From Clostridia bacterium (lineage in GTDB: Bacteria; Bacillota; Clostridia; UBA1212; DUPL01), in NCBI GenBank assembly GCA_050951325.1, contig JBMNIW010000012.1, positions 288,001 through 352,000 on the forward strand: a DNA stretch of 64,000 nucleotides, read 5' to 3'. This document shows, in pieces, positions 46,836 to 56,752 of the stretch (positions are counted from its first letter, which is position 1; each line of letters starts with the position of its first letter). A program made the position numbers and the translations under genes. The notes under the pieces were generated by a model. It saw only the letters and a program-made list of their open reading frames with translations, was not told the origin of the DNA and did no database searches.

Positions 46836-47615
46836 TCATAATCCTTGTCTGCGAAACTTTCTGTACCTTTGTTCAATCAAATCATTAATTGGCATTTGCA
46901 GTTTTCTTTCCGTTGCAACTCTAAGCCTTTTCTTCAGCATCCTTATAGTGCTGGACATATCCGGATTCTCTTTTATAACCCTGTCGATGACCCCCAGAGA
47001 AAAAAGATCCGATGCGGTTAACCTCAAACAGGATGCCGCTTCTCTTGCATACTTTGGGTCCTTCCACAAAATGCTGGCGCAGCCTTCAGGCGAAATGACA
47101 GAAAACACGGAGTTTTCAAGCATCCAGATTTCATCCGCCACTGCAAGAGCCAGCGCACCGCCACTTCCCCCTTCCCCTATAAGCACCGCAATGATTGGTG
47201 TTTTAAGAGTTGCCATCTCATACAGGTTCTCGGCAATAGCCTGCCCCTGTCCTCTTTCCTCAGCATCAATTCCGCAGTACGCTCCTGCGGTATCTATAAA
47301 TGTAATTACGGGTCTGTGGAACTTCTCAGCCTGCTTCATAAGTCTCAGCGCTTTTCTATATCCTTCAGGATGGGCACATCCAAAGTTCCTCTCCACCCTA
47401 TCTTTAATATTTGTTCCTCTTTCCAAACCAATAACTGTAACAGGAAAACCATACAACGAAGCAAGACCACCTATGACAGCCTTGTCATCGCCATATCTTC
47501 GGTCACCGTGAAACTCCATAAACCAGTCAAATATTCCTTCTATATACTTTCTTGCAGTAGGCCTTTCATTCGACCTTGCCGCAAGGACCTTGTCATATGC
47601 AGTATTAGCAGCCAT
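46836..47615 (-). CDS. accA: Acetyl-CoA carboxylase carboxyltransferase alpha
   Basis: FHGDR, PEGYRKALRL, IDTAGA, GEGGSGGALA, ISPEGCASILWK. Confidence 0.95.
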   Translation of the reverse strand: MAANTAYDKVLAARSNERPTARKYIEGIFDWFMEFHGDRRYGDDKAVIGGLASLYGFPVTVIGLERGTNIKDRVERNFGCAHPEGYRKALRLMKQAEKFHRPVITFIDTAGAYCGIDAEERGQGQAIAENLYEMATLKTPIIAVLIGEGGSGGALALAVADEIWMLENSVFSVISPEGCASILWKDPKYAREAASCLRLTASDLFSLGVIDRVIKENPDMSSTIRMLKKRLRVATERKLQMPINDLIEQRYRKFRRQGL

Positions 47616-47631
47616 TTTTTCTTCCTCTCCT

Positions 47632-48483
47632 TTAATGCAGTTTAAGGATGTTTGCCAGAGTGTCCCTTAATGCCTTTCTTTCCACTATGGCATCAATAAA
47701 TCCCTTCTCCAAAAGAAACTCCGACCTTTGGAATCCTTCCGGCAGCTTTTGCTTTATTGTCTGTTCAATAACCCTGGGGCCGGCAAATGCAATAAGCGCC
47801 CCTGGTTCTGCTAGAATTATGTCGCCTTCCATGGCGAAACTTGCAGTTACACCGCCCGTAGTCGGGTCGGTAAGCACCGTGATGTACAAAAGACCTGTAT
47901 CATTGTGCCTTTTAACCGCACAGCTGGTTTTTGCCATCTGCATAAGCGACAGTACTCCTTCCTGCATTCTTGCACCTCCCGATACTGTAAACCCTACAAC
48001 AGACAGACGGTTTTGAGTAGCATACTCAAACAATCTGGTTACCTTCTCGCCAACCACAACACCCATGGATCCCATCATAAACTCTGAGTTCATAACAAAC
48101 AGGGCACATTCCATACCTTTAATCTTTGCAACACCACAAACCACTGCCTCTTTTTCATTGCTGGTATCTTTTGCTTTCTTTAGTTTGCTGTCATAATCGG
48201 GAAACTTAAGAATGTTCTTGGAAACAAGATTCTTGTCATGTTCGACAAACGAATCCTCATCCACTATCATTGCCAAACGCTCCCTGGGAGCCAGCCTGTA
48301 ATAGAAGGAACAATTTGGGCAAATCTTGTTGTTTTCAAAAAGTTCCTCCTTGAGAATCAAGGTCTTGCAATTTGCGCAGCTTATCCATAAATCTTCAGGC
48401 ACCTGCGGCTTTACATATTTAGATGTCTTTCCCACATTCTCAAGCACATTATTAGGTTTTTTAAATAGATTGCGACTTAGCAT
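47632..48483 (-). CDS. accD: Acetyl-CoA carboxylase carboxyltransferase beta
   Basis: CANC..CPNC zinc finger, GSMG, SGGARMQEG, PTTGGVTASFA. Confidence 0.95.
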   Translation of the reverse strand: MLSRNLFKKPNNVLENVGKTSKYVKPQVPEDLWISCANCKTLILKEELFENNKICPNCSFYYRLAPRERLAMIVDEDSFVEHDKNLVSKNILKFPDYDSKLKKAKDTSNEKEAVVCGVAKIKGMECALFVMNSEFMMGSMGVVVGEKVTRLFEYATQNRLSVVGFTVSGGARMQEGVLSLMQMAKTSCAVKRHNDTGLLYITVLTDPTTGGVTASFAMEGDIILAEPGALIAFAGPRVIEQTIKQKLPEGFQRSEFLLEKGFIDAIVERKALRDTLANILKLH

Positions 48484-48502
48484 TTTTACTCATTTCCTTT
48501 CA

Positions 48503-49831
48503 TCAGCATCCCATAAAGCTGGTAGAATATTCACCGGATACAAATCTGGAATCGGACAAAATCTCCACTTGTTTGTCAATATTTGAGTCAACACCCTCAA
48601 TCACCAGCTCACACAGTGCAGCATGCATCTTCCTTATTGCTTCCTCTCTGGTCTTTGCATGTACAATAAGTTTTCCTATCATGGAATCATAAAATGGAGG
48701 AATTTCGTAACCTTGATAAATTGCAGTATCAAACCTTACCCATGCTCCGCCGGGTATGTGAAGAGTGTTGACCCGTCTGTTACCCATACCTGTTTGATTG
48801 TTTTGTTTTTCAGCATTTATTCTGCATTCTATTGCATGTCCTTTTATCCTTGCATCTTCATTTGTGAAGTCTATTTCTACTCCGGATGCGGTTCTGATCT
48901 GCCATTTGACCAAATCTATTCCTGTAACAAACTCGGTTACAGGATGTTCCACCTGCAGACGGGTGTTCATCTCCATGAAGTAGTAGTTGCCTTCTGAGTC
49001 CAACAGATATTCAATTGTTCCAACACCCGTATAATTCACCGCTCTTGCGGCCTTCAGGCTGTCTTCACACAGTTTTTCTCTTAATTCACTGGCTACAGCA
49101 GGAGATGGGCTTTCTTCAATTAGTTTCTGGTTTCTTCTCTGGATGGAACAATCCCTCTCTCCAAGAGCCACTGCATTTCCGTAATTATCCGCAATTACCT
49201 GTACCTCAATATGCCTTACAGGAGACAGGAATTTTTCCATGTACACGCCTCCGTCGCCAAAAGCAGCTTTAGCCTCGCTGGTTGCCTGATAAAATGCGTT
49301 AACAAGCTCCTTTTCACCGTCAACCTTCCTTATACCTCTTCCGCCTCCTCCGGCTTTTGCCTTTATCAATAGAGGATACCCTATTTTCTCAGCTTCTTCC
49401 TTTGCTTCTTTCTCTGTTTTAACAAGTTCACAACCCGGAATTATTGGAACGCCAGCCTTCTGCATGGTCTTTCTTGCCATATCCTTATCGCCCATCAGGG
49501 ATATGACCTCAGGACGAGGACCTATAAATACTATGTTGCACTTCTCGCACAACTCAGCAAACTTTGCATTTTCCGCAAGAAAACCGTAACCAGGATGTAT
49601 TGCCTGGGCACCGGAATAAATGGCAGCACTCAAAATAGCTGCCATGTTGAGATAGCTGTCTTTGGAAGGTGCAGGACCTATGCAATAGCTCTCATCCGCC
49701 ATACTCACATGAAGTGAATCTCTGTCAGCCTCGGAGTATACACTGACGGTCTCTATTCCCATCTCTTTGCAAGCCCTTATTATCCTTACTGCAATTTCTC
49801 CTCTGTTTGCAATCAGAATCTTTGAAAACAT
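48503..49831 (-). CDS. accC: Biotin carboxylase
   Basis: ANRGEIA, HPGYGFLAEN, GGGGRG, EMNTRLQVEH, YDSMIGK. Confidence 0.95.
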   Translation of the reverse strand: MFSKILIANRGEIAVRIIRACKEMGIETVSVYSEADRDSLHVSMADESYCIGPAPSKDSYLNMAAILSAAIYSGAQAIHPGYGFLAENAKFAELCEKCNIVFIGPRPEVISLMGDKDMARKTMQKAGVPIIPGCELVKTEKEAKEEAEKIGYPLLIKAKAGGGGRGIRKVDGEKELVNAFYQATSEAKAAFGDGGVYMEKFLSPVRHIEVQVIADNYGNAVALGERDCSIQRRNQKLIEESPSPAVASELREKLCEDSLKAARAVNYTGVGTIEYLLDSEGNYYFMEMNTRLQVEHPVTEFVTGIDLVKWQIRTASGVEIDFTNEDARIKGHAIECRINAEKQNNQTGMGNRRVNTLHIPGGAWVRFDTAIYQGYEIPPFYDSMIGKLIVHAKTREEAIRKMHAALCELVIEGVDSNIDKQVEILSDSRFVSGEYSTSFMGC

Positions 49832-49846
49832 ATGCCAACCTCTTTA

Positions 49847-50257
49847 CTAAATAATTGCGAAAGAAAACTCAGCTGAAACACAAACCTTTCCGTCAACACT
49901 GCCTGTCGCTTCTCCAAAGCAGAAATTTCCTCTCATTCTTGTAATTCTTCCTTCAATCTCTAAAACATCTCCAGGTTTTACTTGATTCCTAAACTTAACA
50001 TTGTTCAGTCCAGTAAAATACGGTGTTTTTCCCTTGACCTTGTCAGCAAGAATCACACTGCAGGTCTGTGCCATTATTTCACATAGTATTACTCCCGGAA
50101 CTACAGGATTTCCAGGAAAGTGTCCCTGAAGAAACCACTCGTCACCCTTTACAGTGTATTTTCCTTTTGCTGAATTCTCGTCAATCAATTCCGCTTCATC
50201 CACCAAAAGCATGGGCTCTCTGTGAGGTATAATTTGTTTTATTTCTTCCCTGTTCAT
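49847..50257 (-). CDS. fabZ: 3-hydroxyacyl-ACP dehydratase
   Basis: IPHREPMLLVD, GHFPGNPVVPGV..E.MAQ. Confidence 0.93.
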   Translation of the reverse strand: MNREEIKQIIPHREPMLLVDEAELIDENSAKGKYTVKGDEWFLQGHFPGNPVVPGVILCEIMAQTCSVILADKVKGKTPYFTGLNNVKFRNQVKPGDVLEIEGRITRMRGNFCFGEATGSVDGKVCVSAEFSFAII

Positions 50258-50268
50258 AACTCTTCTCC

Positions 50269-50700
50269 TTAATTCTTTCTGATTCTGAAAAGCACCTGGC
50301 CAAACTCAACTATCTGACCATTAGTCACGCAAATTTCTTCAATTGTGCCATCCACATCTGATGGAATCTCATTCATTATCTTCATTGCTTCAATAAGGCA
50401 CAACGTATCCCCTTTGCCAACCTTGTCGCCAACTTCAACGTACGGAGGCTCGCCCGGTGCTTTTGCAGCATAAAATACACCTACCAAAGGAGCCTTTACT
50501 TCTGAAATGTTTTGATCTACGGAAATACTCTCCTCTTCCTCGAAAGTCTCTTCACTCTTAACTTCCACACTGCTTTTTACTACCTCGTATTCAACATTCC
50601 TTTCAAGGTGGAGCTTGATTTGTCCGTCTTCAAACTCAAGCTTTGACAAACCATTTTTCTTCATAACTTCAGCCAGACATTTGATATCATTAATGTTCAT
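50269..50700 (-). CDS. accB: Biotin carboxyl carrier protein
   Basis: APLVGVFY; IEAMKIMNEI biotinylation motif. Confidence 0.95.
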   Translation of the reverse strand: MNINDIKCLAEVMKKNGLSKLEFEDGQIKLHLERNVEYEVVKSSVEVKSEETFEEEESISVDQNISEVKAPLVGVFYAAKAPGEPPYVEVGDKVGKGDTLCLIEAMKIMNEIPSDVDGTIEEICVTNGQIVEFGQVLFRIRKN

Positions 50701-51940
50701 CATCTTCCATCCTTTCAAACGCTATACATGCATTGTGACCGCCAAAACCAAGGGATGTGGACAAGGCATATTTCAATCCCTTCCTGACCGACTGGTTTGG
50801 CGTATAGTCAAGGTCGCAGTCAGGGTCTTTTGCCTTCAGATTTATTGTCGGGGGTATGACGCCGTCCCTTAATGCCAGTACGGAAACTATTGCCTCCACT
50901 GCGCCAGCAGCTCCTAGCATGTGTCCCGTCATGGACTTTGTAGAGCTTATACCAAGCTCATACGCTCCTTCTCCAAACGCTTTTTTAAATGCCATGGTTT
51001 CACATTTATCGTTCAATGGTGTACCCGTACCATGGGCATTCACATAAACCTTTGACAAGTCATTCCTGCCTATACCGCACTGCTCCGCAGCACTTTTTAT
51101 AGCGAGTGCAGGCATTTCCGTTTCGGGATCTGGAGCGGTTATGTGGTAGGCGTCGCATGTATTTGCATATCCTTTTACCTCCGCATAAATTTTGGCTCCT
51201 CTCTTAACTGCATGCTCATACTCTTCAAGAATCAGCATTCCAGCACCCTCTCCCATTACAAAACCATTTCTGTTCAAATCAAAGGGAATGGAGCTGTAAT
51301 TCGGATCATTCGTTGTGCTCAGCGCCATGCAGTTTATGAAACCTGCAATTGCCAGTTCGGTAATCGCCGCCTCCGAACCCCCTGCAATAATTATGTCGGA
51401 ATAACCATGAAGGATGTTTCTATATGCCTCACCTATTGCATGGGTTCCCGTTGCACAGGCTGTAACAACAGGAAGACAGGGCCCTTTTGCACCATACCTG
51501 ATTGCAATCAAGCCGGAAGCCATGTTGGATATCATCATAGGCACAAAGAAGGGCGATACTCTTCTCGGACCATTTTGTACAAGTTTCAATGTCTCTTCAT
51601 AAAAGGTCTTTATGCCTCCAATACCCGAACCAACGTACACTCCGAATCTTGTACCATCAACCTTATCGGCTTCCAATCCGCTGTCCCTGACGGCTTGATC
51701 CGCTGCTGCTACTGCATACTGTGAGAAAAGATCCATCTTTCTTGCTTCGCTTCTTTCAAAGTAATCAGATGCGTTAAAACCCTTTACTTCTGCAGCAATC
51801 TTTACTTTGTAGTTTGTTGTGTCGAAATATGTTATATAGTCAATGCCGTTTTTGCCGTTGACAAGGTTGCTCCAAAATGTATCTATTTTGCTTCCCACAG
51901 GAGAAACCACTCCCAATCCGGTTACAACAACTCTTCTCAT
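50690..51940 (-). CDS. fabF: 3-oxoacyl-ACP synthase II
   Basis: TACATG, NAHGTGT, TGHMLGAAG, GFGGHN. Confidence 0.96.
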   Translation of the reverse strand: MRRVVVTGLGVVSPVGSKIDTFWSNLVNGKNGIDYITYFDTTNYKVKIAAEVKGFNASDYFERSEARKMDLFSQYAVAAADQAVRDSGLEADKVDGTRFGVYVGSGIGGIKTFYEETLKLVQNGPRRVSPFFVPMMISNMASGLIAIRYGAKGPCLPVVTACATGTHAIGEAYRNILHGYSDIIIAGGSEAAITELAIAGFINCMALSTTNDPNYSSIPFDLNRNGFVMGEGAGMLILEEYEHAVKRGAKIYAEVKGYANTCDAYHITAPDPETEMPALAIKSAAEQCGIGRNDLSKVYVNAHGTGTPLNDKCETMAFKKAFGEGAYELGISSTKSMTGHMLGAAGAVEAIVSVLALRDGVIPPTINLKAKDPDCDLDYTPNQSVRKGLKYALSTSLGFGGHNACIAFERMEDDEH

Positions 51941-51959
51941 ATATTACTTCCTCCCTTAA

Positions 51960-52700
51960 TTACATACACAGACCGCCGTCAACCCTGATGACTTCTCCTG
52001 TAATGTATCTTGCAGAATCAGATGCAAGAAATACTGCAAGATTTGCAATATCATCAGTCTTGCCAAACTTTTTCATAGGTATCTGCTCGATATATGTTTC
52101 CTTTAGTTTGTCGGACAAAACGTTTGTCATGTCCGTTTCTATAAAGCCAGGTGCTATTGCGTTACATGTTACTCCTCTTTGAGCCAGCTCTCTGGCAACG
52201 GTCTTCGTCAAACCTATAAGGCCTGCCTTGGAGCTTGCATAGTTTGCCTGCCCTGCTGTTCCCAGCAGACCGGATACGCTTGATATGTTTATGATGGAAC
52301 CTGCTCTTCTTTTTGCAAAGTGGGAAAATGTATGCCTTATGGTGTTGAAAGCTCCTTTCAGGTTGACATTCATAACATCATCAAAATCCTCTTCCTTCAT
52401 GGAAAGTATCAGCTTATCTTTTACAATACCTGCGTTGTTGACAAGCACATCTATTTGTCCAAAATCCTTTATGATGCTATCCATTGTTTCCTTTGTTTCT
52501 TCAAAATTGGAAACATCACATTTGTATGATCTTATTCTAAAGTCTCTTTCAAGGCCTTCCTTGAAACTTTCAACAAAGTTTTCCTTGAAATTCCTTGCTA
52601 TTATGGCTATATCGGCTCCATTCTCAGCCATCCTCTCAGCAATCCTGTAACCAATTCCTCTTGTTCCTCCGGTAATAACGCATACCTTTCCCGTCAACAT
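51960..52700 (-). CDS. fabG: 3-oxoacyl-ACP reductase
   Basis: TGGTRGIG, NNAG, YASSKAG, PGFIETDM. Confidence 0.95.
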   Translation of the reverse strand: MLTGKVCVITGGTRGIGYRIAERMAENGADIAIIARNFKENFVESFKEGLERDFRIRSYKCDVSNFEETKETMDSIIKDFGQIDVLVNNAGIVKDKLILSMKEEDFDDVMNVNLKGAFNTIRHTFSHFAKRRAGSIINISSVSGLLGTAGQANYASSKAGLIGLTKTVARELAQRGVTCNAIAPGFIETDMTNVLSDKLKETYIEQIPMKKFGKTDDIANLAVFLASDSARYITGEVIRVDGGLCM

Positions 52701-53605
52701 ATTGAGTTTCCTCCATCCTTGTTTAAAATATCGGTGTAGTGAAATACTTTCACATTGTTGTCAATTCTTTCTATCAATCCGCACAAGACCTTTCCCTCTC
52801 CAACTTCAATAAACGTATCAATCCCGCTATTTATCATGTTTCTTATTATCTCTTCCCATCTTACCGGATTGTTTATCTGCTTTTTGATATTATCCTTTAT
52901 GCCTTCCTCATCATCAGGATAAGGCTGGGCTGTCAAGTTGGAATAAACGTCAAGGTTCGGTTTCTTTGTCTTAATTGTCTTTAGATATTCGCCCATCTTG
53001 CTGGAAGCATTGTTCATGAAGCTACTGTGAAACGCACCGCTTACGCTCAGTTTTCTTGCCTTTTTGCCAAACTTCTTAATATCCGCCATGTACTGGTCTA
53101 TTTCATCTTCCTTGCCTGAAACGACAATCTGTCCAGGACAGTTAAAATTCACAGCTTCAATACTTTCATACCCTTTTATGCCAGCTAGAACCTCTTCCTT
53201 TTCCATTCCCAGCACAGCTGCCATTGAACCCTTTCTCTCTAGAGCATCTTTATGCATAAGTTCAGCTCTTTTTCTTACCAATCTGCAAGCATCATCAAAT
53301 TCAAGAACCTCTGCATAAGCAATAGCCGCAATTTCTCCAAGGGAGAATCCTGCAACAGCCACAGGTTCAATCCCTGTCGCCTTTACAGCGTATGCCGCAG
53401 CCAGGTCCACGGTAAATACACAAGGCTGCGTGTTTACCGTTTCGTTCAGTTCATCCCTTGAACTTTCAAAACACAGTCTTTTTATTCCTGGTATTACTTT
53501 TTCCACAGAGTCAAATATTTTTCTTGCCTTTTCAGATTTTTCATACAATTTCTTTCCCATTCCAGGCACTTGTGCACCCTGTCCAGAAAAAACAAATGCC
53601 TTCAT
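52694..53605 (-). CDS. fabD: Malonyl-CoA:ACP transacylase
   Basis: FSGQGAQ, GFSLGE, VSGAFHS. Confidence 0.95.
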   Translation of the reverse strand: MKAFVFSGQGAQVPGMGKKLYEKSEKARKIFDSVEKVIPGIKRLCFESSRDELNETVNTQPCVFTVDLAAAYAVKATGIEPVAVAGFSLGEIAAIAYAEVLEFDDACRLVRKRAELMHKDALERKGSMAAVLGMEKEEVLAGIKGYESIEAVNFNCPGQIVVSGKEDEIDQYMADIKKFGKKARKLSVSGAFHSSFMNNASSKMGEYLKTIKTKKPNLDVYSNLTAQPYPDDEEGIKDNIKKQINNPVRWEEIIRNMINSGIDTFIEVGEGKVLCGLIERIDNNVKVFHYTDILNKDGGNSIC

Positions 53606-54549
53606 ACAATCCACCTGCCGGATGTCTTTAATACTTTTTCAGCACCAAATACCATATCTTCAATAATTTCCTTTGCTGTTTGTTCTTCCCTAACCAACGC
53701 AGCGCTCTGGCCAGCCATAAAGCAACCGTTTTTTGTATCTCCATCAACTGCTGCAAGCCTCAATGCTCCGGAACCCAGCTTTTCAAGTTCCTCATTTGTT
53801 ACATTGGAATCATACTCACATTTTGCATAACTTCTGGAAAATGGACTCTTCAAGCACCTTACTGGATGACCAAGTCTTTTTCCTGTTACGATGGTGTCGA
53901 TATCTTTTGCCTTAACAACCATGTCCTTGTAGGCTTGACTTATGTTGCATTCTTTAGCAACCAAAAATCTTGTTCCCACTTGAACCCCAACCGCTCCAAG
54001 CATCATAGCTGCTGCAAAGGTCCTTCCATCAGCAATTCCTCCTGCAGCAATTACAGGCACATCCACAGCATCACATATCTGGGGAATAAGGACCATGGTG
54101 GTAAGTTCGCCTATATGACCTCCTGCTTCCTGACCTTCTGCAATTACAGCCACAGCACCACCTCTTATAACCTTCTTTGCATGAGCCGTAGATGCCACAA
54201 CAGGTATGACTTTTATTCCATTCTCATTCCACATTTCCATATATTTCGATGGGTTACCTGCGCCGGTAGTTACAACCTCGACCTTTTCCTCGCACACAAC
54301 CTTTGCCACTTCTTCAGCATACGGACTCATAAGCATTATATTTACCCCAAAAGGCTTGTCGGTAAGTTTTCTCATCTTCCGTATTTCCTGCCTCAAAGCC
54401 TCTGCAGGCATGTTCATGGCAGCTATCAATCCAAGGCCGCCTGCATTGCTTACTGCAGATGCAAGATTTGCATCCGCAACCCATGCCATTCCTCCCTGAA
54501 TAATTGGATACTTGATATTTAATAATTCACATAACGGTGTCTTAATCAC
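53602..54549 (-). CDS. fabK: Enoyl-ACP reductase II
   Basis: PIIQGGMAW, EAGGHIG, AAGGIADG, MAGQ. Confidence 0.95.
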   Translation of the reverse strand: MIKTPLCELLNIKYPIIQGGMAWVADANLASAVSNAGGLGLIAAMNMPAEALRQEIRKMRKLTDKPFGVNIMLMSPYAEEVAKVVCEEKVEVVTTGAGNPSKYMEMWNENGIKVIPVVASTAHAKKVIRGGAVAVIAEGQEAGGHIGELTTMVLIPQICDAVDVPVIAAGGIADGRTFAAAMMLGAVGVQVGTRFLVAKECNISQAYKDMVVKAKDIDTIVTGKRLGHPVRCLKSPFSRSYAKCEYDSNVTNEELEKLGSGALRLAAVDGDTKNGCFMAGQSAALVREEQTAKEIIEDMVFGAEKVLKTSGRWIV

Positions 54550-55491
54550 TTACTTTTCCCCCTTGTTCCACTCAATTACACATGTTCCTGATGTCAATCC
54601 TCCACCAAAGGCGGTCATTACAATTATCTGTCCATCTTTCAAAAGATTGTTTCTGTTCATTTTGTCTAGAGTCAGAGGTATGCTCGCAGAACACGTATTT
54701 CCATATTCCTCTATATTTATTGCAAGCTTATCTTTTTCAATTTCAAGTCTTTCGGCAACAGCTTCCATTATGCGTCTGTTTGCTTGGTGAAGTATTACAT
54801 GATCCACATCCGACTGTTTGAGTCCTGCCTTTTCTATGGCATCTGGAATTTCAGTGCTGCCTGTGCTGACTGCAAACTTGTATATTTCCTTGCCAATCAT
54901 GTGGATATATGGTTTGCCGTCTCCCAGGTCCCCTATCAATAAAGAGCTCATGTCTCCTTGGGCATGTACCTGGGAGTGAAGAAGGCCTTTCCCTTCACCC
55001 AGCACCACTGCTCCGCATCCGTCCCCAAACAAAACACAAGTGGATCTGTCTTTCCAGTTAACAAATTTGGACAATGCATCAAACGCTACTACCAACACTT
55101 TCTTGCATTTGCCGCTTTTGAAATAGCTGTCTGCCATGTCCAGTGCATAAATGAATCCTGTGCATGCGGCATTAATGTCAACTGCAGGACAGACTGCCCC
55201 TAATTCCTTTTGAACAAGACATGCAAGAGAAGGGGACTGATACTCAGCGCTAAGAGTTGCGCATATTATTAAATCCAAATCCTTTGCATCCACTTTCGCA
55301 TCCTTCAAGGCTTTTGTCGCAGCTTCGTAGGAAAGTGACAAAGGCGTCTCCTCTTCAGTAATATATCTTGCTTTAATTCCTGTCCTGGATGTAATCCATT
55401 CATCCGATGTATCTACAATTTTGCACAAGTCATCATTCGTAACTATTTTCTTAGGCACACTGGAACCTGTTCCTAAAATTCTAAAACTCAT
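54550..55491 (-). CDS. fabH: 3-oxoacyl-ACP synthase III
   Basis: AACTGF, LFGDG, HQAN, GNTCSAS, FGGG. Confidence 0.95.
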   Translation of the reverse strand: MSFRILGTGSSVPKKIVTNDDLCKIVDTSDEWITSRTGIKARYITEEETPLSLSYEAATKALKDAKVDAKDLDLIICATLSAEYQSPSLACLVQKELGAVCPAVDINAACTGFIYALDMADSYFKSGKCKKVLVVAFDALSKFVNWKDRSTCVLFGDGCGAVVLGEGKGLLHSQVHAQGDMSSLLIGDLGDGKPYIHMIGKEIYKFAVSTGSTEIPDAIEKAGLKQSDVDHVILHQANRRIMEAVAERLEIEKDKLAINIEEYGNTCSASIPLTLDKMNRNNLLKDGQIIVMTAFGGGLTSGTCVIEWNKGEK

Positions 55492-55511
55492 ATCTTTTCT
55501 CCTTTATTTTT

Positions 55512-55970
55512 CTAGTTATTTAAGTATTGTCTAAAAAAACTATTTATTTTCATTAATCCTCTTAACAGAGCATCCTGCTCGTCAGGCTCCAGATCTTTTG
55601 CGATTTCCCTTGTAATTTTGAGATGAATATATCTGTGTACATTGTCTACCTTCTTTCCCATCTTCGTTAATGTAACGTATACCATTCTTTTGTCTTCCTC
55701 AGATTTTCTTTTTGTAACGTAGCCCTTCTTCACCAACTTGTTTATTGCAACAGTTATTGTAGGTAACGTAAAGGACAGGTCATTTGCAATATCTGATATG
55801 GATGCTCCTTCGTCTCCATATTTGCCGATGACCTCCAACAGATGCAGCTCGCTTATGGTAAGATTTAAATGAGTATTCTTCTTTACCTTCCATTCCTCCA
55901 CCTGTTGCAGGACATCGTAGGTGTCAATCAGTAGATTGTTTAGTTTCATCGAAAATTCGTTCACTTCCAT
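55512..55970 (-). CDS. fabT: MarR-family fatty-acid synthesis repressor (FabT-like)
   Basis: LTISELHLLEVI, TITVAINKLVKKGYV, DKRMVYV.LT..G; first gene of the fab cluster. Confidence 0.8.
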   Translation of the reverse strand: MEVNEFSMKLNNLLIDTYDVLQQVEEWKVKKNTHLNLTISELHLLEVIGKYGDEGASISDIANDLSFTLPTITVAINKLVKKGYVTKRKSEEDKRMVYVTLTKMGKKVDNVHRYIHLKITREIAKDLEPDEQDALLRGLMKINSFFRQYLNN

Positions 55971-55990
55971 AGCCCTCACTTCAATTTAAT

Positions 55991-56033
55991 TAGTTAGTTT
56001 ATCTAATTATATATATTATTCTGAAGATGTCAA
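55991..56033 (-). promoter_or_regulatory. fab promoter with an overlapping FabT-type palindrome
   Basis: TTGACA (56033-56028), 16 bp, TATAAT (56011-56006); imperfect palindrome TAGTTAGTTTATCTAATTA at 55991-56009. Confidence 0.6.
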
Positions 56034-56052
56034 TATGTTTACTGAATAAAAA

Positions 56053-56667
56053 TTATTTTTTCAGTAATCCATAAGATAAATAGTACTCGCCTTCATGTAT
56101 TATTATTGCCTCCGTTTCCGCTTTCAGCTCTTTGTGCATTGCTATAAGTTCGTCAGGTGCAATATTTTCAAAATACATGGTACTAATATGAATACAGCTA
56201 TCAATATTGTCTCTATGCAGATACTTTCTGAAGCTGGACCATTCGTAATCAGAAAGCTGCTCAATGTCCAATTTTGACTTTTTATGTATTTCCACTACTG
56301 CTTTTATTAACTCATCCTCGTTATTTATGGGTATGGAATAATATTTGCAACCAAAGATTCTTCCATGTCTTTTTTTGCCAAAATATTTTAAGGACCTTTT
56401 ATTGAAATTCATTGTATATCTTCCAATTGCATATTGCATAAAATCAGATATGTCTTTAAAGCTACCTCTTTTCGGCCTGATTAACATATCGTATCTATGC
56501 CTGATAAGGCAGAAGGCAAATATGTCTATATAGTATTTTTCCGCATAATAGTTTACAAGCTCACAGAAGGATTGAATATCTTTTTTGTCTCTGAATATGG
56601 TGGTTTTGTCAACACCATAGTTGTATACATGGTATGTTTGATAATATGTGCTTTCTTTTCTTCTCAA
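56053..56667 (-). CDS. RAYT/Y1-transposase-like protein with degenerate catalytic motifs
   Basis: YHV.N.G....IF, AFCL, ISDFMQ..RYT.NFN, G.IF and DYEWSSF framework; the HUH motif and catalytic Tyr are absent; GGAGG RBS. Confidence 0.75.
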   Translation of the reverse strand: MRRKESTYYQTYHVYNYGVDKTTIFRDKKDIQSFCELVNYYAEKYYIDIFAFCLIRHRYDMLIRPKRGSFKDISDFMQYAIGRYTMNFNKRSLKYFGKKRHGRIFGCKYYSIPINNEDELIKAVVEIHKKSKLDIEQLSDYEWSSFRKYLHRDNIDSCIHISTMYFENIAPDELIAMHKELKAETEAIIIHEGEYYLSYGLLKK

Positions 56668-56696
56668 TTTATACCTCCAGAAAAATATTTAGTATT

Positions 56697-56727
56697 AAAA
56701 AAGGAACTGCTCGTTCAAACAGTTCCT
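56697..56727 (-). terminator. Terminator after noc
   Basis: AGGAACTG...CAGTTCCT followed by a T run on the minus strand. Confidence 0.7.
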
Positions 56728-56752
56728 AGAATGAAAATAAGACCATCAGTTA

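Noticed and set aside
53680-54522. Long plus-strand ORFs (280 aa here; also 44926-45633 and 57566-58207)
   Set aside because: They are antisense to well-conserved fabK, gyrA and rsmG/noc, and have no recognisable motifs.
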